Shown here piece after piece: positions 1 to 11,182 of a stretch of 42,972 bases of DNA. This DNA comes from Ministeria vibrans ATCC 50519. Taxonomy: Eukaryota; Protista; Filasterea. Location: the NCBI GenBank assembly GCA_943704425.1, contig CALSCP010002825.1, positions 1 to 42,972 of the forward strand. Direction: 5' to 3'. Made by a program: the position numbers and the translations under genes. Each line of letters begins with the position of its first letter. Position 1 is the first letter of the stretch. Under the pieces are notes generated by a model. The model was not told the DNA's origin. It ran no database searches and saw nothing but the letters and a program-made list of their open reading frames with translations.

Positions 1-945
1 CAATCGTGAAGTTGATCATCTGGCCGCCCGAGCTGAACTCAATCGACACGGGTCGGTCCAACTGCGCAATGAACGACGCGTTCAGCTGGTAGCCCGAGAA
101 GATCTGGCCGTCAAGCACGGCCGGACACGACTGCGACACGGGCGTCACAGCACACGAGGTCATTGTGCCGTAAAGGCCGCCTGTTCCCCACTCCGCTCTT
201 GAGCAGTCACCCGGTAAGAAGAACGCAAGCTCAGTATTTGAACCTGTGATCCGCATCTATAAGGAAGTCCGTTTAAGACACACTGGGCGTATCTTATAAC
301 AACATTTGCGTCGTTTGCTTTCCAGAAAAATCGTTTTTTTTTCTCGCTTGTTGTTATAACGTCACGCAAACGATAAATGAGGATTAGAGGCAAATAGCGA
401 CGGGAGTTCAAAACACACAAAAGTACACACGTATTGATACAACCTCGCGGTGGACTAGGTGTTGTGGAGACGCCATTCGGCGGGGATGGGCGACACTAAT
501 AATATTATTATTACTCGCACGTCCGCTAAAAAGGAAGGTGATCGCTCGCTTTCGGGTGTTGGGTGCACACGCGTCGTAGAGATGGGAAGTGCAGTGGTTC
601 CGAATGGGATCGTACCTCGCCAAGTGCGGTGAGGCCGTTGTACGACGCGTTGGTCGCGCTTGAAACGTCAAACGAAACATTGAAGAACGGTCCTCCTGCG
701 CCGGCGCCTGCCGCGCATCGCAAGGTGCCATTGAAGACGGATTCGTTCCCGTCGTTGGTTACAATGAAGGCATAGACGTTTCCGCTTGGCGACGCGAGCA
801 ATTCCATTGTTGAGTTTGTTTGCGACAAAACATCTCCCATCGCCTTGACAGCGAAGGCTGGGCAGTTGCCTGCCAGCTCAGAAGTGCCAGGGCACTGTGC
901 TGAGGCAGTGGGAACGAACGTAGCCGCCATTAGCGCGATTGCCAT
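1..945 (-). CDS. Secreted or cell-surface protein of unknown function, multi-exon, 3' end beyond the window
   Basis: Signal-peptide-like start MAIALMAATFVPTASAQC; many N-x-S/T sites; GAG|gtacga donor near 615; probable small exon ~432-496; open exon from ~256 to 1 (…ELAFFLPGDCSRAEWGTGGLYGTMTSC…). No family recognised. Confidence 0.55.
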
Positions 946-1342
946 AACGGCGAAAAATCGACAACTCCCAATCATCTGTTGGAAAGGAAGCGTAGAGACA
1001 CCCAACTCTGTTGAACAGCACACTATAAGGAATACAAGGAGTGTGTGGGCTAATGAAGAAAATGAAAATGTTTGTTTTGCCCGCATTAAGCATTTGGACT
1101 GTATTTTGGAGGAGCAAAGAGCGCGTTGTCTATTTTTGGCATGTCTTTTTTTTCCCCTTCTTTTTCCGAATGGGGAAAGACACTCTTCTGCCTTGCCAGT
1201 TCAAGTTCCCTCCTCATAATCCAGTATGTGTTGTGTCAAAAACACAGTTATGCGGTGTGGTAGGTAATGGCTTGTCAGGAACGCGGGTGAACGAGCGTAA
1301 AGATATGTCATTGGAAAACACACAATTGTTTCGATTTTATTT

Positions 1343-3806
1343 TCAATCATCTCCAAAAATATCCACAGCCGCCGCCTTTTTCTTTGTGGTCTTCGTCGCA
1401 GGCTTCGTAGTCTTTGCGGCAGACTTCTTCGGCGCGGGTTTGGACGAGAAGATATCTAAAAAAAAGCAGATGTTAAGCTCCGTGTCTCTGATTCGTCATG
1501 TCTACTCACCATCATCCCCAAAAATGTCCACTGTCGACGCCTTCTTCTTGGGCTTCTTCTCATCGGCAGCAACAGCAACCTCAGTCGGGGTAGGGACAGG
1601 GGCAGGATCATCAACCTTGGCGGGTGCTGCTGCGGCAGGAGTGGGTGTTGTTGCGGCAGTGTCATCGTCGGTTGTACCGGATGCGGTTCGTGATTTGCGA
1701 CTGGGCATTCTGCGTGCGGGTCGGCTCATCTTGGCTCGGTCTTTTCGAGGATCCACCAAAGTTGCGGTCAGGTCCTCGGCCTTGGTGGCAAACAAGTCCT
1801 CCTCCTTGGGCGAGGGGGCAGGAACAGGCTCGTCTTCCACCTTGGCGCTTGGCGGGGCCATGCCGCCAAACATGCTCACCGCACCAGCCGGCGGACCCGT
1901 GCGCTTCTTGGGCGCCGCCTCACTGACTGCACTGGGCGATGCAGACGCAGCAAAAGGATCCGCTTTCTTCGCAGCTGGCTTGCCGCCAAAGAGCGAGTCG
2001 GCGCGCTCCTTGGACGTCGCCGTGAACAGGTCGTCGTCTTCGTCGTCGTCGTCACCAAAGAGTCCACCGCCACTCTTCTTCGCCACAAACTTGGGCGCAG
2101 CAGAGAGCGACGCGCCATCGCCAAGAAGATCTGTCTCCTCAATGGCAGCAGCAGCAGGAGGAGGAGGAGCAGCAGCAGCAGCAGCTGGACCGGGGGCAAT
2201 CTTCTTGGGCTCCGCCTTCTTCGTCGTCGTTGCAAACATGTCATCATCGTCATCGTCATCATCGCTAAACATAGACAGTGCAGATTTCTTGGCAAGTGCA
2301 GCAGCAGGAGCAGCGGCAGCGGTAGGGGAAGCTGCGGCCTTTTTGGGCGTGTCATCAAAGAGTGACTTGGGTTTGGCAGCGACAGTGCCACCTCCACCGC
2401 CAAACATGTCATCGTCGTCTGAGTCAGAGTCGCCAAACAATCCGCTCGATTTCTTTTTGGCCGGTGCAGCAGCAGCAGGAGCAGGAGCATCAGCAGCAAC
2501 AGTGGGTGCAGCAGACGCAGTGGGCTTCTTTGTGACAGGCGCGGAAGTGGCAACAGCACTCGAGAACATGTCGTCCTCGTCAGACTCATCACTGCCAAAC
2601 AGACCACCTCCCGTCTTCTTCTTTGCAACAGCAACAGGAGCAGCAGCAACCGCGGCGGGAGCAGGTGTGACCTTTTTGGGTGGAGGTGCAACATCAGCTT
2701 CATCCTCGTCGTCGCTACTCTCAGCCTTCTTCGGCGTCGTCTTTTTCATGCCCGCCTTGGCGCCCAACAGATCGACTCCCCCAAACATCGACACCGCGCC
2801 CGCTGGCTTCTTGTGGCCCGACGGCAAAGTCTTCTTCGGCTCAGGTGCTGCCTCTTCCTCCTCCTCATCGTCACTCGACTCAATAGGCGTACTCGCCTTG
2901 GGCGCAGCAGCAGCAGCCTTCTTCGCGGGAGCTGCTGCAATTGCATCCTCTTCATCGTCATCATCTTCCGAGCCAAACAGCGCAGACGATTTCACCTTGG
3001 CCGCCTTCTTCTGCTCAGCTCGTTCCTTCTCTGCCGCCTTGGCCGCCTTCTCCGCATCCTTCTTCTTCAAGTCTGCTGCAGTTGGTCGCGCAAACATATC
3101 CTCCTCTTCACTGTCCGAAAACAGCGAATCCTCAACCTTCTTCTTCGCAGCAGCAGGAGCAGCAGCAGGAGCAGCAATAGAAGCAACTTCATCGTCATCT
3201 TCATCATCGTCGTCAGACGAGTCAAACGCAGACTTAGCCGAGGCCTTCTTGAGACCCCCACCCAACTCGGGAATGCCACCAGCACCAAACATGCTTACGG
3301 CACCCGCTGGCAGCTTCTTACCTGACGCAGTACTCTTCTTGGACGGCGTTGCGGCCTCCTCATCCTCATCCTCCTCTTCGTCGTCGTCGTCCTCCTCGGC
3401 CTCGTCCGTTTCGTCGTCATCGTCAAACAGTCCACCTGCTGGTTTCTTTGGCGCTGCCTTGGCCTTGGCACTCGATGCCTTGGCCTTGGGCTCCGGGATC
3501 TTCTCATCCGCAAACAAATCCACGTCGTCATCCTCCTCCTCATCATCATCCTCAAAGAGCCCTCCCTTCTTCTTGGCTCCGCGCGTGAAAAACGAATCGC
3601 CGCCAAACGGATCGTCGTCACCGAGTCCAAAGCCACCAAAGAGATCGTCCTCCTTGCTTTTCTTCTTAGGCGACTTCTCGTCGACTGCAGCCTCCGCAGC
3701 CACTCCCGCAGCGGCACTCTCCTTCTTGGACGCACTCCGTTGCGACCCGGCTCGTTTCCGTCCACGGGCGTCGTCGTCGTCGTCGTCGTCGTCGTCATCA
3801 TCATCA

Positions 3807-3841
<35 letters not shown>

Positions 3842-4805
3842 TGTCTCGTCGTCCTCGCTGCTCGTGTCCCCATCAAACAACTTGCCATCCTCGGGTACAT
3901 TTGCCCCCACCGCCGCCGCTGCAGGTGCCTTGCGAGCCGGTTGAACTGGCCGTTCGCCCACTCCATCCTCATCGTCGTCGTCCTCGTCCCACCCGTCACT
4001 CTCCTCATCCGCCCCTGCAAACAGCGCACCCATGGGCGGTGGCGGTGGAGGCACACCACTGTCATCAAAGTATTCGCCGCCCCCTGCGTTCCCAGACATA
4101 TCCACAGCACCCACGCCGCTGTTCTCCATCAGGTCCACGTCGGCATCGCCATCTGCGCCGCCAGCATCGTCGTCGTCGTCGTTGTCGCCACTGCCCTCGC
4201 CAATAAGTCCCAGGTCGTCGTGGTTGAAAAACTCTGTCGTGCCAATCACAAAAGGCAATCGTCGATGTCCATACTGGTCTTTGGGCTCCAGAACGTACTC
4301 GGCCGTGACTGCCGCTGGGCCCTCCTCAAACTCCGCGTCTACTTCGTCAATTTCCGTCGTGCCCTGGACCACTTCGCGAGCGACAAAAGCATTGTCGAGC
4401 ACAACGAGTCTAAGCAATAACAGTATTATAAAAAGCACCAAAATGAGGTTATTTTACGATGACTTCTTACCCCGATTTGAGCGCTTCTGAGAACTTTGGA
4501 ATAATTTCTGCTTCCTTCTGCTCGCGCGTCTTCTCGGGCTTCTCGGCGCCTTCTTCCCCCTCTCCATTGGCATCGGTCTTGTTCGTCGCATCATTGGCGT
4601 CCTCGGTACCCTCGGCGGCTGACTCGTCCGTGGCCTTTTCAATCTCGTCCTCGTAGACACGCTATGATAGTATCAACAGGAGAATTATATGGGGACCTTA
4701 AGACAACAGAACGATCAACTTGGCATGTCGTACGTTTTCGATAAACTGAGAGTGTGACAAGGAGAGAAACTCGTTGGTGACGTTGCGCAGCCGAACATCC
4801 GTCGT
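1343..4805 (-). CDS. WASHC2: WASH complex subunit 2 (FAM21); 5' end lost in the repeat/gap
   Basis: Spliced N-terminal motif VRLRNVTNEFLSLSHSQFIEN|RVYEDE and PKDQYGHRRLPFVIGTTEFFNHDDLGL match the conserved FAM21 head. The tail has many L/M-F-acidic (LFa) motifs, three PAGAVSMFG motifs and a CPI-like LVDPRKDRAKMSRPARRMPS. Exons ~4735-4805, ~4470-4662, 1510-~4410, 1343-1455. Confidence 0.93.
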
Positions 4806-4836
4806 CTACAAAGGCAAGGGACGCACCACAAAACGA

Positions 4837-5033
4837 GAGTTTGAGAGTGAGAGAGAGAGAGTTTGAGAGAGTTTGAGAGTTTGAGAGAGAGTTTGAGAGA
4901 GTTTGAGAGTTTGAGAGAGAGTTTGAGAGAGAGAGAGAGTTTGAGAGTTTGAGAGTTTGAGAGTTTGAGAGTTTGAGAGAGTTTGAGAGAGTTTGAGAGA
5001 GTTTGAGAGAGAGTTTGAGAGAGTTTGAGAGAG

Positions 5034-5084
<51 letters not shown>
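4837..5084. repeat. (GAGAGTTT)n/(GA)n simple-repeat array in a WASHC2 intron, running into the 698-N gap
   Basis: Seen directly in the sequence. Confidence 0.95.
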
Positions 5085-5782
5085 NNNNNNNNNNNNNNNN
5101 NNNNNNNNNNNNNNNNNNNNNNNNNNNNNNNNNNNNNNNNNNNNNNNNNNNNNNNNNNNNNNNNNNNNNNNNNNNNNNNNNNNNNNNNNNNNNNNNNNNN
5201 NNNNNNNNNNNNNNNNNNNNNNNNNNNNNNNNNNNNNNNNNNNNNNNNNNNNNNNNNNNNNNNNNNNNNNNNNNNNNNNNNNNNNNNNNNNNNNNNNNNN
5301 NNNNNNNNNNNNNNNNNNNNNNNNNNNNNNNNNNNNNNNNNNNNNNNNNNNNNNNNNNNNNNNNNNNNNNNNNNNNNNNNNNNNNNNNNNNNNNNNNNNN
5401 NNNNNNNNNNNNNNNNNNNNNNNNNNNNNNNNNNNNNNNNNNNNNNNNNNNNNNNNNNNNNNNNNNNNNNNNNNNNNNNNNNNNNNNNNNNNNNNNNNNN
5501 NNNNNNNNNNNNNNNNNNNNNNNNNNNNNNNNNNNNNNNNNNNNNNNNNNNNNNNNNNNNNNNNNNNNNNNNNNNNNNNNNNNNNNNNNNNNNNNNNNNN
5601 NNNNNNNNNNNNNNNNNNNNNNNNNNNNNNNNNNNNNNNNNNNNNNNNNNNNNNNNNNNNNNNNNNNNNNNNNNNNNNNNNNNNNNNNNNNNNNNNNNNN
5701 NNNNNNNNNNNNNNNNNNNNNNNNNNNNNNNNNNNNNNNNNNNNNNNNNNNNNNNNNNNNNNNNNNNNNNNNNNNNNNNNNN
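5085..5782. other. Assembly gap
   Basis: Run of N; hides the 5' ends of the divergent WASHC2 and sirtuin genes. Confidence 1.
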
Positions 5783-7921
5783 GCGAGCCCCGCACGTCGG
5801 CGGCGGTCCGTTCACATACACACCCACCCAGATGTCTATTCCGCCGTACATTGTCGGATGCTTCGCAGGCAAGCGAGTGACAGCCGACGGCGACGAAGTA
5901 GACGCATTCCAATGGTCGCTCGTGCTGTCGGCCGCGCGCGAGCCAGCCACTGCCTTTGGCGCCTCTCTCAACGACAACGAAGAGGTGCACCTCATGCGTG
6001 GCAAGTGGACCAACGCGACTTGTGAGGTATACGATTGATTTTCATTGTTTGGGTTGAGTGAACTCTGACTTCTTCCTCCTTTCATTCCTCAGCTTGAGCT
6101 CGTCGACGACACAAACACCACGTACACAGGCCATGTGGTTCGTACCAATGGTATCTTGACGATCCAAGGCACGTGGTCTGAGACTACTGGCGCCTTTGGC
6201 GTGTTTGCGTGTCAGCGCGAAGATGAGTTGTCACTCAAGGATGATCCAGATCATGATCGGGAATTTGCTGCGCTCCCCGCCTTTGCGAATGGCGTGTTCC
6301 TTGGAAGCGCCGAACCCGACTCGTCTCTTGAAGCCTTTTGCATTCCCTCCAATCCGTATGGCGCACTGTTTAAAGGCGAAGTAACCGTGTCCTTGCCTAA
6401 CCCTGCGCTTTTCACAGAATCACTTGGACGCTGTCTTTGCTGCCGGACGGAAACGCATTTGGCGCGGGTTTCTTCAACGACAGCGGCGACGTGCCTGGTC
6501 ACGAAGTGCTCTACTATTCACTACAGGGACGCTGGCGCAGCGCCGATCAGACTCTGACGCTGACCAAGGTGTACGAGTCGCTGCAGGGGACCGAGGGCTA
6601 CCGTGTTGACTACCGTGGCAAGGCACGCGTTGACACAGACACGCACGAGCTCATTCTCTCGGGCACTTGGTCCAATGCAAAAGGGGGCTCCTTTGGCGAC
6701 TTTGAGTGTGCGCGCGACATTCCTGCCGAGCGACTCAACGCCGAGACCACCGGTGATGGTGAGGGTGGCACAAGCACAACTGCTGCCGTCGTCGAAGAGG
6801 ATGTCGAGCGACTGCGCGGCAAAGCAAGCAGCGTTCATGGACACCGTGGCGATGCCAGCTGGACAGCACCACGCATGGTGGCTCGTTGTGACGCCCCGAC
6901 ACGCGCAGACCAAGGGGTGACCATCGAGGCGCACGAGTACATGGACGAGCCCGACGTGCTGGCCGCTAAGGTGCGCTACCTCGCGTCTCTCCTGCGCCGC
7001 AGCACGTACACCACGGCGTACACGGGCGCCGGGCTCTCGCGCACTGCCGGCATTGCAGACTATGCAAGCAAGGCCAAGGACTCGGTCGTGTCGGGTCCCA
7101 ACTTGCGCTCGCCCCTGGACGCACAGCCCACGCGCTCACACTATGTCCTGGCCGCACTGCACAAAGAGGGTCTACTGCACAAGTGGGTCCAGCAGAACCA
7201 CGACGGACTCAACACCAAAGCAGGCTTTCCTCAGCACGCCACCAATGAGATCCACGGCGCCTGGTTTGATCCGTCCAATCCCGTTGTACCCTTTTCGGGC
7301 TCGCTCCGATCCGATCTGTTTGCCGACATGTTGAAAATCGAGCAGGCGACAGACCTATGTTTATGTTTGGGTACCAGTCTCAGCGGAATGAATGCCGACC
7401 GGTGTGCAACGACACCCGCCACAAAATCACTGCACAACGACGCACTGGGCACTGTCATTGTGAACCTGCAACGGACTCCTCTGGACGGACACAGTGCATT
7501 GCGCATCTGGGCACGACTCGACGACGTGTTCAACATGGTCGCGCGCGAGCTGGACCTGACGGAGCGCATTGCAAGTGAGCCATTGGGTGGTGCACTGAGC
7601 AACTGTGGTACACCACACGTCTTTGCAGTGCCATACACTGCACAGGGCCTTCACAAGCGCACCGCCAGTGGCACTCGTATGATGAAACTGGATCTTCGCA
7701 TGGGCACCCGCCTGCGCATTGCGCCCCCCGACGCCCCCAACACCAACTGCCTTGCCTTCGTCACCCACTGCGATCCTGAAGGAAACTACCGCGTCGAAGT
7801 GCACGAGCAGAATGGCTGCCATGTGGTTCACAGGGCCTTGGGTCGCTGGTGGATCATCGAAGCCATCCAGGGCCTCCTCACCGCTCTCCCTCTTGTCAAT
7901 GAAAATCCCGAGTACACTTAA
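5783..7921 (+). CDS. Class IV (SIRT6/7-like) sirtuin without the zinc-binding module, with two N-terminal beta-barrel-like repeats; 5' partial
   Basis: Exons 5783-6026, 6093-6355 and 6418-7921 join in frame via GT-AG. Motifs YTGAGLS, AQPTRSH, QQNHDGL, GFP..EIHG, LGTSL and VIVNLQRTPLD..ALRI are colinear with SIRT6. No CxxC pairs follow EIHG. Confidence 0.88.
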
Positions 7922-7964
7922 CTTTTTTTTTCTTTTTTTAATTTTTTTTTTTCAATTTTGGCGT

Positions 7965-8091
7965 TTACATATTTTCAAAATGCTCGCGAAGTCTCTTCAC
8001 ATTCAGTGCCTGATCAACAGACAGAGCCTAAATAATCAATACCAAAATTAATTAAATAATAATTATAATAATTATTTTAATTATTATTTTA

Positions 8092-8127
<36 letters not shown>

Positions 8128-8576
8128 TGTAAGTACGTTAATGATGAAAGTGGGAATCCACACTTTCGCATCGACCTGGACCAGGTAGGTCACGTGTGTT
8201 CCGGAATCACCGTCTGGCCGCAAAATCCAACCCGTTGCTATAAACAACAAAACGACACAATACCCTCATCACATGTTCTCGCTACAATAATTAAACAGGT
8301 TTCCGCATCACCCTTGCTTTACGCTAAATTTCCCTCTCCCTTGTTCATGCGTACCTAAAATTTCGCCACGAACATACTTACTGACGGGCGGCATCAATGA
8401 AGGCCGTTCAACACTGCGCACGACAATCACTGCGGTGCCTGCAGAAACACAAAGACAGACAGACACAGAGAGAGAAAACAAAGCGTGTGTGAGAGAGAAG
8501 AAAGAACCAAAGTGATAGAGAGAGAGAGAAGAAATAAATAAAGTGTGTGTCCAGTGTGTGAGAGAGGGAAACAAAA

Positions 8577-8626
<50 letters not shown>

Positions 8627-9167
8627 AAGATACAAAGTGATATAGAGAGAGAAAGATACAAAGTGATATAGAGAGAAAAAGATACAAAGTGATACAGAGA
8701 GAAAAAGATACAAAGTGATAGAGAGAGAAAGATACAAAGTGATATAGAGAGAGAAAGATACAAAGTGATATAGAGAGAGAAAGATACAAAGTGATATAGA
8801 GAGAAAAAGATACAAAGTGATAGAGAGAGAAAAGATCAAAGTGATAGAGAAAGAAAGATACAAAGTGATAGAGAGAAAAACATGCAAAGTGATATAGAGA
8901 GAGAGAAAGGTACAAAGTGATAGAGCGACAAGAGCGCAGTTCTCCCTTGACGCTCCACTTCTTACCGTCCTCCAAGAGAACATTGCTTTCGAACCAGACA
9001 AAGTCACGCCCCGAAAGTGGCCAGGGGAGCTTGAAGACGCCATAGACCACCTGGGCCGTGCTGTTGATGTCCTCGAGGACGCGTGAGGCGGTCGTATCGA
9101 ACATCGGGTCGTACACACTCGCATTCGCAATGCCTTTGAGGAAACTCAGCAATTGCACAACGGGCGC
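7965..9167 (-). CDS. START-domain lipid-transfer protein, exons 2-5
   Basis: Exons 8966-9167, 8355-8438, 8137-8237 and 7965-8027 have consistent phases. START hallmarks: VLEDIN..QVVY, PWPLSGRDFV, KYVRGEI, VTYLVQVDAKVWIP. Confidence 0.9.
8505..8925. repeat. Intronic minisatellite, ~22-25 bp unit AAAGATACAAAGTGATA(TA)GAGAG, plus (GA)n
   Basis: More than ten degenerate tandem copies visible. Confidence 0.93.
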
Positions 9168-9316
9168 CTGCAACAGCGAACAACCGCGTTAGTCTTCGCC
9201 TCCATCGCCTTTTCCTTGCAAATACACACTCATAACAAGGCAAATTCAAAAGATAACTCTTTGACACACACACAGAACATGAGCGATACACCCATGCAAG
9301 CGGAGAATCGAAAACG

Positions 9317-9326
9317 NNNNNNNNNN
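9317..9326. other. 10-N scaffold join
   Basis: Run of N. Confidence 1.
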
Positions 9327-10037
9327 TGACCAGACTCCCGAACGACCTTGCCCTGATGCACATGGCCCGACATCGCACGCCACAGTCGATCACGTTGCAC
9401 GTCCTTCAACAGTCGTTTTGCATTATGATCCTGCAAATCTAGACCGGCAGTAGCACCAGCCCTATCAACAGGCACCTGATTGGCCGCTCCGGCATCCGCG
9501 CGCTCCACTCGACGGCCCCGGCCATCGCAACCCAAGCGAATGCACACGCCACTGATTGGCGTCGACCCCAGTAACGCACACCAGTCCCAACGCATCGCCA
9601 GCTCTGCCAAATACTCATTGTTCCCTTCCATATTGCCACGCAAACGCTCAAGACCACCGCGAGCAATCCCATCAGCACGCTCATTCCACTCCTCCTCACG
9701 CGTCCGAACACGATCCGTCACATGTGCCTTAACGTGCAAAACCTCCGTCTTGGCGTGAAACTCTTCGCCCACCAACAAAACGTCACAGAGCAGACCCAGA
9801 GCCATCGGAGAGCACGACCGTGACAACAGCCGCCGCACACGTCGCGACGACCAAAGAGCCACACGCTCATCCATTGGCTGCAGCAGCCGTACCACTCCAT
9901 CACGACGCATCTGCCCCATCTCATCAACCGCCTTGCATAATTCGTTCACCGTGTCCCGAGCAGCGACATTGTCGGTCCAGATGCGCACGCTACAGTCTCG
10001 CCACAGCCCACAGCGCCATTACAATGGCCACCACTTC
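9327..10037 (-). mobile_element. 5'-truncated, frameshifted non-LTR retrotransposon fragment (RNase H domain and downstream region)
   Basis: EVVAIVMAL (helix carrying the catalytic E), then a frameshift near 9995, then VRIWTDN … HVKAH … WNERADGIA. This is the RNase HI-like pattern seen in LINE ORF2 proteins. The fragment is intronless. Confidence 0.72.
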
Positions 10038-10059
10038 AACCCTAACCGTAACCCTAACC
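10038..10059. repeat. Interstitial telomeric repeat AACCCTAACCGTAACCCTAACC
   Basis: About 3.5 CCCTAA units, one variant. Confidence 0.8.
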
Positions 10060-10406
10060 GAGACATGAACTTTACGATTGTATTCAGACGTATAACACAT
10101 ACTCAAGCAGCTTATGAGGCCCACTCAGGACACATCGCGCCCTCTCCTCTCTAACTTTCTACTCCCATTTCTCTCTCACTCTTACAAGAGGGTCTACAAG
10201 TCAAGACAAACATATTTCTCTCATTCCACCGCAACGCCAGTCTACTCATGACAGCCAACACCACACCTCATCTCCCAAGGTGAGAACAACACGCAAGCCA
10301 CAAACATAACCATCGCTGTAAGCTCACATTCACACGACAGCATAACACCAATGTCAGCAGAGCACAACAAACGCCAAAGTCGCAGCCACACACACTCACG
10401 TTACGT
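10060..10406 (-). mobile_element. Probable degenerate 3' end of a non-LTR retrotransposon ORF
   Basis: The minus strand reads VVLAVMSRLALRWNERNMFV (WNERNMFV at 10205-10228), resembling the W-x-E-R-N-x-x-V/F motif at the C-terminus of LINE ORF2. It has the same G/T skew as the RNase H fragment. Confidence 0.45.
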
Positions 10407-10419
10407 CTAACCCTAACCC
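10407..10419. repeat. Second telomeric-type repeat CTAACCCTAACCC
   Basis: Two CCCTAA-phase units at a compositional boundary. Confidence 0.6.
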
Positions 10420-11062
10420 CAGTGCAAGTACAGCAAACCTGGTGCCGCAACAGCCCTGGATGTGGAATCCATTGCGCACTTTCTTGCGCTCATCCACACG
10501 GATAAAAAGACGAGGGGATTGGCGGCGCTTCTGGCCAAGAGATGATCAGTGGTGATGTTTGTTGCGAACCGCAAGGTCCGTAGGCCAAGTACGAGACGAG
10601 CGGGCGCAGAGAAGGACGCAGCGTTGAAGGAGGTGGCGAGACGGGCGATGAAAGGAGAAAGGGGACAAGAGGACGACAACACTGTCATCGTGACTGCATG
10701 TGAGTTCCAAGAGTAAATCGCAAGGAAGATCGAGAAGATGGTAATGCACGTCGTAGGGTGACCAAGCGAGAGCTTAATTTCTTTCCTTTTTATTGTCTGT
10801 GTAAGGCACCCAACGAGACGGTGAAATCGAGTGCGCTCAAGAGCATGGCGTACCTCGCTGTGATGGGCGCAAGTGATGTCCAGACGTGGTTTTGGACCTG
10901 TGCTAAGTCGGTGAGTTTGTTGAAAATCGCCCAACGCCCAGAGTGTCCAGGCCGTCTGGCTGTTTGTCTGTCCGGCTGGCCCTGCTCTCGCATAGCAGAT
11001 TTCGATTTGCAACCCCAGTTTCGCGTTCAACTCCAAGTTCTCACAGTCAGCTGTCTTCTGAA
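10420..11062 (+). pseudogene. Decayed, 5'-truncated coding-like sequence of unknown family
   Basis: Coding-like frame (CKYSKPGAATALDVESIAHFLALIH…) with in-frame stops, and an apparent GT-AG intron at ~10741-10806. Confidence 0.3.
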
Positions 11063-11182
11063 ACGCAACCACACAAATAACAATAACCAAAACTTTTAAC
11101 TTTACGAGAGATGCTCACTGAATGTTCACTGCATAATATATATTTTTGAAGGGCCTTCAGAGGAGAATCAATACTCAATATA

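Noticed and set aside
1041-3944. 967-aa plus-strand ORF
   Set aside because: Antisense mirror of the low-complexity WASHC2 exon (poly-Ser from GAC/GAT codons); no independent motifs.
4715-6085. ORFs spanning the N gap
   Set aside because: Artefacts of Ns and simple repeats.
8505-8925. Minisatellites as a CRISPR-like array or coding repeats (SLYHFV…)
   Set aside because: No unique spacers; they lie within GT-AG introns of eukaryotic genes; no cas genes.
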